Shown one piece after another: positions 27,590-36,086 of a stretch of DNA of 64,000 nt (position 1 is its first letter; each line of letters starts with the position of its first letter). The stretch spans positions 232,408-296,407 of the forward strand of contig JBMNMQ010000007.1 in NCBI GenBank assembly GCA_050953425.1, given 5' to 3'. The translations under genes and the position numbers were made by a program. Source of the stretch: Anaerovoracaceae bacterium. Lineage in GTDB: Bacteria > Bacillota > Clostridia > Peptostreptococcales > Anaerovoracaceae. The notes below the pieces were generated by a model. The model was not told the DNA's origin and searched no databases. It worked only from the letters and a program-made list of their open reading frames with translations.

Positions 27590-28263
27590 TGCGGCACCTC
27601 CTCCGCCGTCACGATCGGGATCGCCTGACCGGGTGCTGTCTGTCCGGACGGCGCCTGGTCCGGTGCTGCTTCCCCGGGTGCCGCTCCGGGCAGATCGGAC
27701 AGCAGTTTCCGCAGCTGCACGCCGCCGCGATAGGTCAGCGCACAGCCGTGCAGTACTTCGACGACGATGTCGCAGCGCGCCGCCAGCAGCCGGTCGGCGT
27801 CCGCCAGCGCCCGTCGGTACTGTTCGCTCAGCGCGGCCGCGGGTGCGGCATCGCCGCAGATAAAGTCGGAGACGAAGACGGCGTGCCCGGTGCGGTCGGC
27901 AAACGCTTGCAGGTCGCGGCAGACGCGCGCGCCGGCACCGGCATCGCCGAAGGCGTTGTCGACGTGAAACATTTCCTCGGCCAGCAGCGCGGTGACGCTG
28001 TCGAGGAGAAAGACGCCGTCTGTGTCGACATCCGTGCGCGCCAGGCAGGCGCAGAGATCGCGCGGCTGCTCCAGGGTCGTAAAGCCCCAGCCGCGGCGCT
28101 CGCGGCGGTGCCGGGCCGCGCGGCGGCGATCCTCCTCATCCCGCACGGCCATCGTCGCCAGATAGTAGAGCGGGCGCCGTGTCCGCGCGGCCAGCGCCCG
28201 GGCGCAGCACTGGGCGATATGGCTCTTGCCGTTTTTGCAGCCGCCGCTGATAAAGATGTTCAT
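27586..28263 (-). CDS. CobU/CobP-family adenosylcobinamide kinase / guanylyltransferase paralog
   Basis: MNIFISGGCKNGKS is a canonical Walker A. The YYLATM..W.T.E and LLDSVTALL blocks resemble CobU. About 60 aa of Pro/Ala-rich C-terminal extension. Confidence 0.65.
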   Translation of the reverse strand: MNIFISGGCKNGKSHIAQCCARALAARTRRPLYYLATMAVRDEEDRRRAARHRRERRGWGFTTLEQPRDLCACLARTDVDTDGVFLLDSVTALLAEEMFHVDNAFGDAGAGARVCRDLQAFADRTGHAVFVSDFICGDAAPAAALSEQYRRALADADRLLAARCDIVVEVLHGCALTYRGGVQLRKLLSDLPGAAPGEAAPDQAPSGQTAPGQAIPIVTAEEVPQ

Positions 28264-29402
28264 ATCCGTCCGCCTCCGGCGCGAATTTCCTCAAGGTAAC
28301 TGTCGTCGATGGCCGCTTCCTCAAAAGTCGCCATGTCGCGCATCACCGCGCCGGCGCCGCGGATGATCTGAAACGCCAGCACGCAGCCGCTGCCTTCCCC
28401 GAGACGCAGATCCAGATCGAGCAGCGGGCGCAGCCGCAGCGCTTCGATGACCCGCTGAGCACCGGGTTCGACGGAACGATGGGAGGCGAACAGCGCGTCG
28501 CGGCACTGCGGCTGCAGGCGGCAGGCACAGAGTGCGGCGACGGCGGAGATATAGCCGTCGATGACGACCGGCACCCGGTTTTCCGCGGCGCCGAGGAAGG
28601 CGCCGCACATGGCGGCCAGATCAAAGCCGCCGAGACGGGCGAGGATGTCTGTCACATCGGCCTGCGGCTGTTCGCGGTGCAGGCGGTGCAGCGCGTCTTT
28701 GATTACCTGCCGCTTTTTCTCCAGCGCGGCATCGGTCAGACCGCCGCCGCGGCCGGTGATTTCCGCCGGGTCGAGATCGAGCAGCGCGGCCAGCACGGCG
28801 GTGCTGGTAGTGGTGTTGCCGATGCCCATCTCGCCGACGCCGAGCAGATCAAAGCCGTGCGCGGCGGCGGCGCGGGCCAGTTCGAGGCCGGCAGCCATGG
28901 CTTTCAGCGCCTGCTCGCGCCGCATTGCCGGACCGCGGGCAAGGTTCGCTGTGCCGCGGGCGATTTTGCGGTCGAGGATCTTCGCTGTCTCGGTCTGAAA
29001 CAGCGCTTCCGTTTCCGCGACCGAGAGCTCGGCCGGCACTGTGCCGGCGATGCCGACGTCACAGATCAGCAGTTCGACATCAAAATTCCCGGCCAGCGCA
29101 CCGACGCCGGTCAGTTTCCTGGTGAAGTTGATGGTCTGCGCCATCGTCACCGACTGCGGCGCCGAAGAGACGCCTTCGGCCGCGACGCCGTTGTCGGCGG
29201 AGAAGATCAGCACCGCCGGCTTCTGCGGCATCGTGACGACGCTGCCGGTGATGCCGGCGAGGCGGATCGCGATGTTCTCCAGCTGCCCGAGGCTGCCGGG
29301 GGGCTTGGCCAGCTTTTCCTGCCGCGCGGCGGCGGCTTTCATGGCCTGCTGATCGGCCGGGCGGATGCCCTGCAGGCAGGCCTCAATTTGTTCCTTCCAC
29401 AT
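28260..29402 (-). CDS. cobT: Nicotinate-nucleotide--dimethylbenzimidazole phosphoribosyltransferase
   Basis: I chose the start at MWKEQIEA; the track ORF over-extends. Motifs GEMGIGNTT and PGSLGQLE. Confidence 0.85.
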   Translation of the reverse strand: MWKEQIEACLQGIRPADQQAMKAAAARQEKLAKPPGSLGQLENIAIRLAGITGSVVTMPQKPAVLIFSADNGVAAEGVSSAPQSVTMAQTINFTRKLTGVGALAGNFDVELLICDVGIAGTVPAELSVAETEALFQTETAKILDRKIARGTANLARGPAMRREQALKAMAAGLELARAAAAHGFDLLGVGEMGIGNTTTSTAVLAALLDLDPAEITGRGGGLTDAALEKKRQVIKDALHRLHREQPQADVTDILARLGGFDLAAMCGAFLGAAENRVPVVIDGYISAVAALCACRLQPQCRDALFASHRSVEPGAQRVIEALRLRPLLDLDLRLGEGSGCVLAFQIIRGAGAVMRDMATFEEAAIDDSYLEEIRAGGGRI

Positions 29403-30156
29403 CGATGAAATTCCTTTCCGTGAGCCATGCAGCCGAGGCGGCGCTGTCGATGCTCTCGATGGTAAACGTGACTTCCCGGCTGCACTCGCGTTCGATGCGC
29501 CGCAGTGCCGCGGCGGCATCGATGACCCCTTTGCCCAGCGGCAGGTGCAGATCGCGGCGGCCGTCATTGCTGTGCAGATGCACATGGCCGATCCACGGCG
29601 CCAGCACGTGGATCCAGTCGGCGAGCGGCCGCGTGCCGGAGCAGGCGGCGTGTCCGATGTCGAGGCAGAGGCGTGCCCGCGGATCGTCAATGCCCTGCAT
29701 CAGCTGCGCCAGCGGTTCCGGTTCGGTTTCCATGACGTTTTCGATGCAGAGGCGGAAATCATCGCTGCGGGAAGCCAGCAGCCCGCGCCAGAACGGGACG
29801 GACCGCTGCAGATGCCACTGCGGGAAGTAGACCATCGGAACAAAGCCCGAATGCACGACCAGCCGGCGGCACGACAGCGCATCGCAGAGATCCAGCGCCT
29901 CGTGCAGGCGGCCCCTGGCCAGCTGCAGCGCCCGCGGGTCGATGGCCGCCGGGTAGAGTTCGTTGTAGGGCGCATGCAGGATCAGGGAAGGCGGCGGGCA
30001 GGCTGCAAGGCGCTGCCGAAGGCGGGGCAGCACGTCCGCATCATCGAGATTCTGCGGCAGACAGAATTCGCTCAGCTCGAGCCCGAGACCGCAGCGCGCC
30101 GCGGTTTCCCAGCCGTCTTCCGCCGCAGTGGCTATGTGCAGGAAATGTCGTTTCAT
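29383..30156 (-). CDS. Xylose-isomerase-like TIM-barrel (AP endonuclease 2 superfamily) protein; candidate CbiR-type cobamide remodelling amidohydrolase
   Basis: 257 aa from MKRHFLHI. TIM-barrel metal-ligand pattern (HAP, HSG, ENV, DIGH, HLHSND). First gene of the cobT-cobU-cobS operon, overlapping the cobT start by 20 nt. Confidence 0.55.
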   Translation of the reverse strand: MKRHFLHIATAAEDGWETAARCGLGLELSEFCLPQNLDDADVLPRLRQRLAACPPPSLILHAPYNELYPAAIDPRALQLARGRLHEALDLCDALSCRRLVVHSGFVPMVYFPQWHLQRSVPFWRGLLASRSDDFRLCIENVMETEPEPLAQLMQGIDDPRARLCLDIGHAACSGTRPLADWIHVLAPWIGHVHLHSNDGRRDLHLPLGKGVIDAAAALRRIERECSREVTFTIESIDSAASAAWLTERNFIDVEGTN

Positions 30157-30455
30157 GTTATCAGAGTAGCACCGCCGCCGCTGCTTGGCAAGCGGGGGAA
30201 ACAGCGAAAGCGATGGCGCGGCAGCCGCGACGCGGCGGCGCGGAGCGATGACAGCGGTACGCACAGCGGACAGGGCGGCGTGAATCAGGGCGGTTTTTGG
30301 GACACCTCAAATGGTAAAAAGAGAATGTACACAGAAACGAGTGTATTCGTTCTCCGCCGAACACAGAGACCGGGGAGCGGGCAGCAGGCGATTGGAAGAC
30401 GTTTTCTGCCGACCAGAGAAAACGGGATATGAGGAATGAACGGGAGGTAACTGAC

Positions 30456-30968
30456 ATGGCAGGACAGGAAAATGCAAAAAAGGGAAAAGGAAAAAAGGTA
30501 CTGATGGTTGTGCTCATCGTTGCGGCGGTCTTCGTGGTGCTCGGCGTCGCGGGTTCGCTCATGGATGACAGCGACAGCAGCAGTTCGAACACGCAGTCGA
30601 CGACCCGGAGCTCCGCAGAACAGAAAACCGAAAAGCCGAAGGAAGAGATGACCGCGGCGCAGAAGAATGCCTACCAGGCGGCGCAGGACTATCTTGATTT
30701 CTCGGCATTCTCCAGACAGGGGCTGATCGACCAGCTGTCCAGTGAAAGCGGCGACGGATACAAAAAGAAAGATGCCGAGTTTGCTGTCAGCAAGCTGGAA
30801 AAGGAAGGCAGGGTTGACTGGAATGAACAGGCAGTCAAATCAGCCAAGACGTATCTGGAGACATCCAGTTTTTCCAAGGACGGCCTGATTGAGCAGCTGG
30901 AAAGCGAATACGGCGAACAGTTCACCCACGAACAGGCCGTGTACGGCGCCGACAAGGCTTACAAGTAG
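30456..30968 (+). CDS. Ltp-family (host cell surface-exposed lipoprotein / superinfection-exclusion-like) protein, TM-anchored, two Ltp repeats
   Basis: N-terminal TM segment and a Ser-rich linker, then two repeats of the YLxxSxFSxxGLIxQLxSExGxxF..EQAVY(A/G) pattern: AQDYLDFSAFSRQGLIDQLSS.. and AKTYLETSSFSKDGLIEQLESEYGEQFTHEQAVYGAD. gggagg RBS. Confidence 0.65.
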   Translation: MAGQENAKKGKGKKVLMVVLIVAAVFVVLGVAGSLMDDSDSSSSNTQSTTRSSAEQKTEKPKEEMTAAQKNAYQAAQDYLDFSAFSRQGLIDQLSSESGDGYKKKDAEFAVSKLEKEGRVDWNEQAVKSAKTYLETSSFSKDGLIEQLESEYGEQFTHEQAVYGADKAYK

Positions 30969-31039
30969 AGGCTGCCGGACGGTGCGAACGGGCGGCCCCT
31001 CGCAGGGAAACGGCCGTCCGCGCCGCAGGCAGCAATGGA

Positions 31040-31085
31040 AAGACACCCGCAGTTTTGACATATCCCGGCTGCGGGTGTTTTACTG
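31040..31085 (+). terminator. Intrinsic terminator downstream of the Ltp-like gene
   Basis: acacccgcag-N16-ctgcgggtgtttt. Confidence 0.6.
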
Positions 31086-31209
31086 CTGCGAAAAAGTGAA
31101 TTCATTTATTTTCTTTCAGCTCTGTTTCAGACAGTCGTGCTATTCTTCGACCATAGATCAAATAAATCTTTTCATAACTCCTCTCTTTCATTTTTATTCA
31201 CAACTGCAG

Positions 31210-31245
31210 CAAAAGAACCCGGCAACGGGTTCTTTGCTTGTGTGC
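31210..31245 (-). terminator. Intrinsic terminator downstream of the SPFH gene
   Basis: Minus-strand reading: agaacccg-uugc-cggguucu followed by uuugcugc. Confidence 0.55.
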
Positions 31246-31466
31246 CGGGCGCGGCACAGTACTGACCGGTAAAAGTCCTGCCCGGGAAGCTGCCGCTAAA
31301 TGCGGCAAACCACCGGCCGGAAACAGTGATGTCAGGGGGAGAAGGCCGGGAAAGCAAGGCAGAGCGGAGTGCAGGCCTGCTGACGACCGCGATCTGCGTT
31401 GACAGGAATCTGCATTGACGCAGCGCCGTTTACCCGACCGGTATGTACGGCGGCTGATCAGTCGGT

Positions 31467-32534
31467 TCAGCGCGCTGCCGCAGGGCGGCCGGTGCTCCTG
31501 TCTGTCTTATGTTTCTCCGGATCGGCGATGTCGCGGTTGATGGCCGCTGTCGTCTGCGCGGCCTCGCGGCCGCCGGTACCGGTTTCCGGGCCGATGCAGG
31601 GATCCGTTTCTGTACCGGGCTGCGGCGGCAGACCGGGATCGATCGGGGTATGGTCACCGATGCCGAGCGCTTCGCCGGCCACGCCGAGAGAAGCCACCGC
31701 ACTGGCGATGTCGGACGGCATGTAGATCTTCGTCGCGCGGCCGTCGGAGACGTCCTTGAGCGCTTCAATGCCCTTGAGCTTGAGCACCGGCTCGCTGATT
31801 TTCGCTTCGCGCAGCATGGTCAGTCCGTCCGCTTCCGCTTCATAGACGAGGCGGATCGACTTGGCCTGCCCTTCAGCCATGTTGATGCGCGCTTCCTTTT
31901 CCGCCTCGGCGGCAAGGATCTTCGCCTGCTTGTCACCTTCGGCCCGGGAGACCACGGCTTCCTTGTGGGCGTTGGCTTCGAGGACGGTCTGGCGGCGTTC
32001 CCGCTCGGCCCGCATCTGCTTGGTCATGACTTCCTCGATCTCGGCGGGCGGCTTGATGTTTTTGATCTCGACGCGGGTGACCTTGATGCCCCAGGGGTCG
32101 GTCGCCTCGTCGAGGACGCTCTGCATGCGGTTGTTGATTTCGTCGCGCGACGTCAGCGTCGTGTCCAGTTCCATCTCGCCGATGATATTGCGCAGCGTCG
32201 TGGCGGCGAGGTTCTGGATGCCGGCGACCGGGTTCTCGACGCCGTAGGTGTAGTCGTGCGGATTGAAGACTTTGCAGAAGACGACCGAGTCGATCTGCAT
32301 AGTGACGTTGTCTTTGGTGATGACCGGCTGCGGCGGGAAGTCCATGACCTGCTCCTTGAGCGAGATCTTTTTGGCGACCCGGTCAAAGAACGGGATCATG
32401 ATGTGGATGCCGGCGCTCCAGGTGGTCAGATAGCGGCCGAGCCGCTCGATGATGTAGACGTGGGCCTGCGGCACGATGCGGATGTTGACCACGACCAGCA
32501 CCGCGATGACCACGACGATGATTGCTATTCCCAT
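31467..32534 (-). CDS. SPFH / Band-7 (stomatin / prohibitin-like) domain membrane protein
   Basis: 355 aa. N-terminal TM helix, SPFH core (IPQAHVYIIERLGRY..), a coiled-coil EA-rich region and a disordered C-terminal tail. Confidence 0.85.
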   Translation of the reverse strand: MGIAIIVVVIAVLVVVNIRIVPQAHVYIIERLGRYLTTWSAGIHIMIPFFDRVAKKISLKEQVMDFPPQPVITKDNVTMQIDSVVFCKVFNPHDYTYGVENPVAGIQNLAATTLRNIIGEMELDTTLTSRDEINNRMQSVLDEATDPWGIKVTRVEIKNIKPPAEIEEVMTKQMRAERERRQTVLEANAHKEAVVSRAEGDKQAKILAAEAEKEARINMAEGQAKSIRLVYEAEADGLTMLREAKISEPVLKLKGIEALKDVSDGRATKIYMPSDIASAVASLGVAGEALGIGDHTPIDPGLPPQPGTETDPCIGPETGTGGREAAQTTAAINRDIADPEKHKTDRSTGRPAAAR

Positions 32535-32771
32535 AGTCCCCCTCCTTTACTCTGCGCGGCGGGACGGACGATGCGCCGGCCTGCGGTTTCCCGGAATGCG
32601 CCGCGGCTTGTCCCTGCGCAGCTTATTATATTATACAACAGCAGCCGGCGGCAGGCGAGTAAAGAATGATTTTACAAAAGCGCCGCGGCGGCGCGCGGAA
32701 ACCATGCACAGGACGGGGGACGTCCGCGAATGTGCCGGCAGCAGGGAAGCAGTCTCGCCCGTACCGGCTGC

Positions 32772-32886
32772 ACGGGGCATCAGGTGCGGTCCGCGAACGG
32801 GGCATCAGGTGCGGTCCGCGAACGGGGCATCAGGTGCGGCCCGCGAACGGGGCATCAGGTGCGATCCGCGAACGGGGCTTGACAGC
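32772..32886. repeat. 27-bp direct tandem repeat, 4 copies, running into the -35 element of the downstream promoter
   Basis: (acggggcatcaggtgcggtccgcga) x4 with single substitutions. The fifth, degenerate unit reads acggggcTTGACAgcg, followed 17 nt later by TAAAGT. Confidence 0.8.
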
Positions 32887-32968
32887 GCGGCAGTGCGATG
32901 GGTAAAGTAGAGAAAGCAGCGGTGCGGCACGCAGGGCCGCATGTCACGAAGCGGAGGCAGAGCAGCAC

Positions 32969-33757
32969 ATGGCAAAGAACAATGAAACAAAGCACGAAGC
33001 GGCACAGCCGTTTTCCTGTACGGACTGCGGCGTGCTCAACTGTGAAACGCGGCGCAGCATGTACCCGCAGGACTGTCTGACTGCGGCGCTGGATCCGGAA
33101 CTGGACGCGGCGGTCGGGGAATTGTACCGGGAAGAGGAAAATCGAAAAATTTCCGTTGTTTCCGCCGAAATCGAGAGTGCCTTTTACGGCCGCTACACGC
33201 GGGTGGAGGAAATTATGGAATTTGCCCGGCGGATGGGATATCGGCGCATCGGCATTGCCGTCTGCGCCGGGCTGATCGAAGAGGGGCGTATCTTTGCCCG
33301 CATTCTGCGGCGGCACGGATTTGAGGCGGTCGGCGTGGTCTGCAAGGTCGGCTCGAAGAACAAGGCCGATCTCGGCGTGCCGAAAAAGTATCGCACGACC
33401 GGAGAGGTGATGTGCAACCCGATTCTGCAGGCCAAGCTCCTCGCCGGGGAAAAGACCGACCTCAACGTCGTCGTCGGGCTCTGCGTCGGGCATGACAGCC
33501 TCTTTTACAAGTATTCCGAAGCGGTCACGACGACACTGGTGACCAAGGACCGTGTGCTGGCGCACAATCCGGCGGCCGCGCTCTATCAGGCCGGGTCGTA
33601 CTACCGGCGGCTTATGGAGAGGGAACCGCAGGAAAATGCGCCGCAGGAAAGCGTGCCGCGGAAGAGCGAACCGCGGGAAAACGAGCCGCAGACGGCAGCG
33701 GCGCGGCAGAAGGAAGGACCGCAGCGGGCGGCAGCGGTCCGGCGTGAAGGGAAATAA
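32969..33757 (+). CDS. DUF1847-like predicted metal-binding protein (family assignment from memory)
   Basis: 262 aa. N-terminal FSCTDCGVLNC cysteine cluster, further conserved Cys, and a low-complexity C-terminal tail (PQENAPQESVPRKSEPRENEPQ). Confidence 0.55.
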   Translation: MAKNNETKHEAAQPFSCTDCGVLNCETRRSMYPQDCLTAALDPELDAAVGELYREEENRKISVVSAEIESAFYGRYTRVEEIMEFARRMGYRRIGIAVCAGLIEEGRIFARILRRHGFEAVGVVCKVGSKNKADLGVPKKYRTTGEVMCNPILQAKLLAGEKTDLNVVVGLCVGHDSLFYKYSEAVTTTLVTKDRVLAHNPAAALYQAGSYYRRLMEREPQENAPQESVPRKSEPRENEPQTAAARQKEGPQRAAAVRREGK

Positions 33758-33761
33758 AGAA

Positions 33762-34529
33762 GTGAAATATTTTTTCTTTGATATTGACGGCACCCTGACC
33801 GATCTGCGCACCGGCAGGATGGTGCCCAGCGCGCTCGAAACCCTGCGGCGGCTGGAGGCGGCCGGACACGTGACGGCCATCGCCAGCGGCCGGGCGTATT
33901 ACAAAACGGTTCCCGCCGCGCGGCAGGCCGGCATCCATAACTTTGTCGCCAACGGCGGTGCGGCGCTGGTGATCGACGACCGCCTGGTCTGCAACCGGCC
34001 GCTTGACCGCGGCAGGGCCCTGCAGCTGATTCACGAAGCCGACGCGCTGGGATACGGCATCCTCATCGCCGTCGACGACAGCCCCGCGGTCGTGCTGCGC
34101 GATGACCGCTTTCTGCGCCAGGCCGGCGAACGGCGCGAGCCGACCCGTTACCTGCGCCGGCCGGATCTGGATTTCGACAGCCTGCCGGAGATCTACAAAA
34201 TCTACATTTCCGTGCCCAAAGAGGAAGAAGGGCGGCTGCAGAATCTCGATCTGCTCGGTCATATCCGCTTTGAGCCGTCCTACCTGACGTACCAGCACGA
34301 TGAGAAGGATCGCGGCATCCGCGATCTCGTGCGGCGGATGGGCGGCCGCGTTGAGGACGTCGTTGTCTTCGGTGACGGCGAAAACGACATGGTGATGTTC
34401 CGCCCCGAATGGACCTCGATTGCGATGGGCGGCGGCTGGCCGGCGCTGCGGGAGCAGGCCGACTACGTTACCGATGCGGCCGGGGACGACGGCATCCGCA
34501 ATGCCTGCCGGCACTTCGGCTGGATCTGA
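33762..34529 (+). CDS. Cof-type HAD-IIB family hydrolase
   Basis: Motifs FFDIDGTLTD and GDGENDMVMF. The proposed GTG start lies 5 nt after the upstream stop; the track ORF over-extends into the preceding gene. Confidence 0.7.
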   Translation: MKYFFFDIDGTLTDLRTGRMVPSALETLRRLEAAGHVTAIASGRAYYKTVPAARQAGIHNFVANGGAALVIDDRLVCNRPLDRGRALQLIHEADALGYGILIAVDDSPAVVLRDDRFLRQAGERREPTRYLRRPDLDFDSLPEIYKIYISVPKEEEGRLQNLDLLGHIRFEPSYLTYQHDEKDRGIRDLVRRMGGRVEDVVVFGDGENDMVMFRPEWTSIAMGGGWPALREQADYVTDAAGDDGIRNACRHFGWI

Positions 34530-34553
34530 CAGGCGTCAAAGGAGGAACTTTTC

Positions 34554-36020
34554 ATGGACAGCGAACTGCTGACTTTTCTCACCGATCACGCGGCGCAGCG
34601 GCCGGTTTCCTTTCATATGCCCGGGCACAAGGGTGCGGACTTTTTCCGCCGCTGCGGGTACGGCGCTTTTCTCGATCGTCTGATTGACTGCGACATCACC
34701 GAGATCCCGGGCGCCGACAATCTCTTTCAGGCCGAGGGCGTGATCGCCGCCGTGCAGGAGCGCTATGCGGCCCTCTACGACGCCCGCGATGCGCATCTGC
34801 TGATCAACGGCACCAGCGGCGGACTGATCGCCGCGATGCTGGCCAGCGTGCCGCCGGGCGGACGCCTGATCATGGCCCGCAACTGCCATAAATCGGTCTT
34901 CAACGGACTGCGGCTCGGCCGCATCGAACCGATCTACGCGTACCCGTCGGTGCTGCCGGAAGCCGGTATCTCCGGCGCCCTGGAAGTACAGGAAATCGCC
35001 CGCTGTCTCGACGCGCATCCGGAGGCGTCGGCTGTCCTGCTGCCGAGCCCCAACTACTACGGTATCTGCAGCGACACTGCCGCCATCGCCGAGCTCTGCC
35101 ACCGGCATGACTGCACCCTGATCGTCGATCAGGCCCACGGCGCGCATCTGCATTTCTTTCACAAATTCGGCGTCGATCCGTCACTGCCGCCGTCGGCCGA
35201 GCAGAGCGGGGCGGATCTGGTCGTCAACAGCATCCACAAGACGCTGGCTTCGCTGACGCAGAGCGCGGTACTCAATCGCTGCAGCGATCGGGTGGATCGC
35301 TACGTGCTCGAAGATCGTCTGCAGATGATCGAGAGCACCAGCCCGTCCTATCTGCTGATGGCTTTTCTGGCCGTGAACGCGGAGATTCTGGAGCAGCGCG
35401 GCCGCGAAGCGCTGACGGGCTGGAAGCGGGCGCTGGATCTCTTTTACGAGCAGGCCGGCGACATCCCCGGACTGCGGCTGATCGCGCCGGCGCGCGGCAT
35501 GGATCATACCAAGATCAACCTCGACCTCAGTGCCCGCGGTCTGGATGGGGCCGCGCTCGAGCGGCAGCTGAACGCGCGCGGCATCTTTCCGGAGCTGCAC
35601 AGCGGCCGCCTGCTGATGCTGATGAGCGGGATCGGCACCACGAGCGAACACGTCGAGCGTACACTGACCGCGCTGCGGGACATTGCCGCCGGTGCGGACG
35701 AAGCGGCGGAGCCGCCGGCTGCAGCTTCTTTTCCGCTGCCGTCGGCCTCCGCACCGGAAAACCGTCCGGCGATGCTGACGCCGCCGCAGCGGCAGACCTG
35801 GGCCGCCCTCGAGGAAGCCGCCGGCCGCATCAGTGCCGCCTGCGTGATTCCCTATCCGCCGGGCATTCCCATCCTCTGTCCCGGCGAGACGGTCACCGCA
35901 GAGGTCATCGCGCACTGTCTGCGGCTGCGCCGCACCGGTGAAAACGTCATCGGCATCAACGACCGCGGTGAAATCCTTGTCGGCTGCGATGACAGCGGGG
36001 TGCAGCCGCCCGCGATGTGA
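34554..36020 (+). CDS. Orn/Lys/Arg decarboxylase family PLP-dependent enzyme
   Basis: 488 aa. N-terminal FHMPGHKG and an S-x-HKT PLP-lysine region (NSIHKTLASL). Confidence 0.8.
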   Translation: MDSELLTFLTDHAAQRPVSFHMPGHKGADFFRRCGYGAFLDRLIDCDITEIPGADNLFQAEGVIAAVQERYAALYDARDAHLLINGTSGGLIAAMLASVPPGGRLIMARNCHKSVFNGLRLGRIEPIYAYPSVLPEAGISGALEVQEIARCLDAHPEASAVLLPSPNYYGICSDTAAIAELCHRHDCTLIVDQAHGAHLHFFHKFGVDPSLPPSAEQSGADLVVNSIHKTLASLTQSAVLNRCSDRVDRYVLEDRLQMIESTSPSYLLMAFLAVNAEILEQRGREALTGWKRALDLFYEQAGDIPGLRLIAPARGMDHTKINLDLSARGLDGAALERQLNARGIFPELHSGRLLMLMSGIGTTSEHVERTLTALRDIAAGADEAAEPPAAASFPLPSASAPENRPAMLTPPQRQTWAALEEAAGRISAACVIPYPPGIPILCPGETVTAEVIAHCLRLRRTGENVIGINDRGEILVGCDDSGVQPPAM

Positions 36021-36086
36021 AATTTCACCGCATCTTCACCGGATTTTTAAGTTTGTTTTACGTTTTTTCTGTACAATAAGAGCATT

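Noticed and set aside
30157-30455. Possible cobalamin riboswitch upstream of the cob operon
   Set aside because: I scanned the minus-strand leader for a B12 box (GCCACUG-type) and for GGUGC / GGGAA elements and found none. An Rfam RF00174 search would settle it.
30968-31467. A small RNA in the AT-rich spacer between the two convergent terminators
   Set aside because: The region is bounded by terminators that serve the flanking genes. No promoter-like element or structured core was evident.
32772-32886. The tandem repeat arrays (also 2973..3090, 1401..1511 and 53150..53260) as CRISPR arrays
   Set aside because: The units are contiguous with no unique spacers, there are no cas genes, and several lie inside coding sequence.
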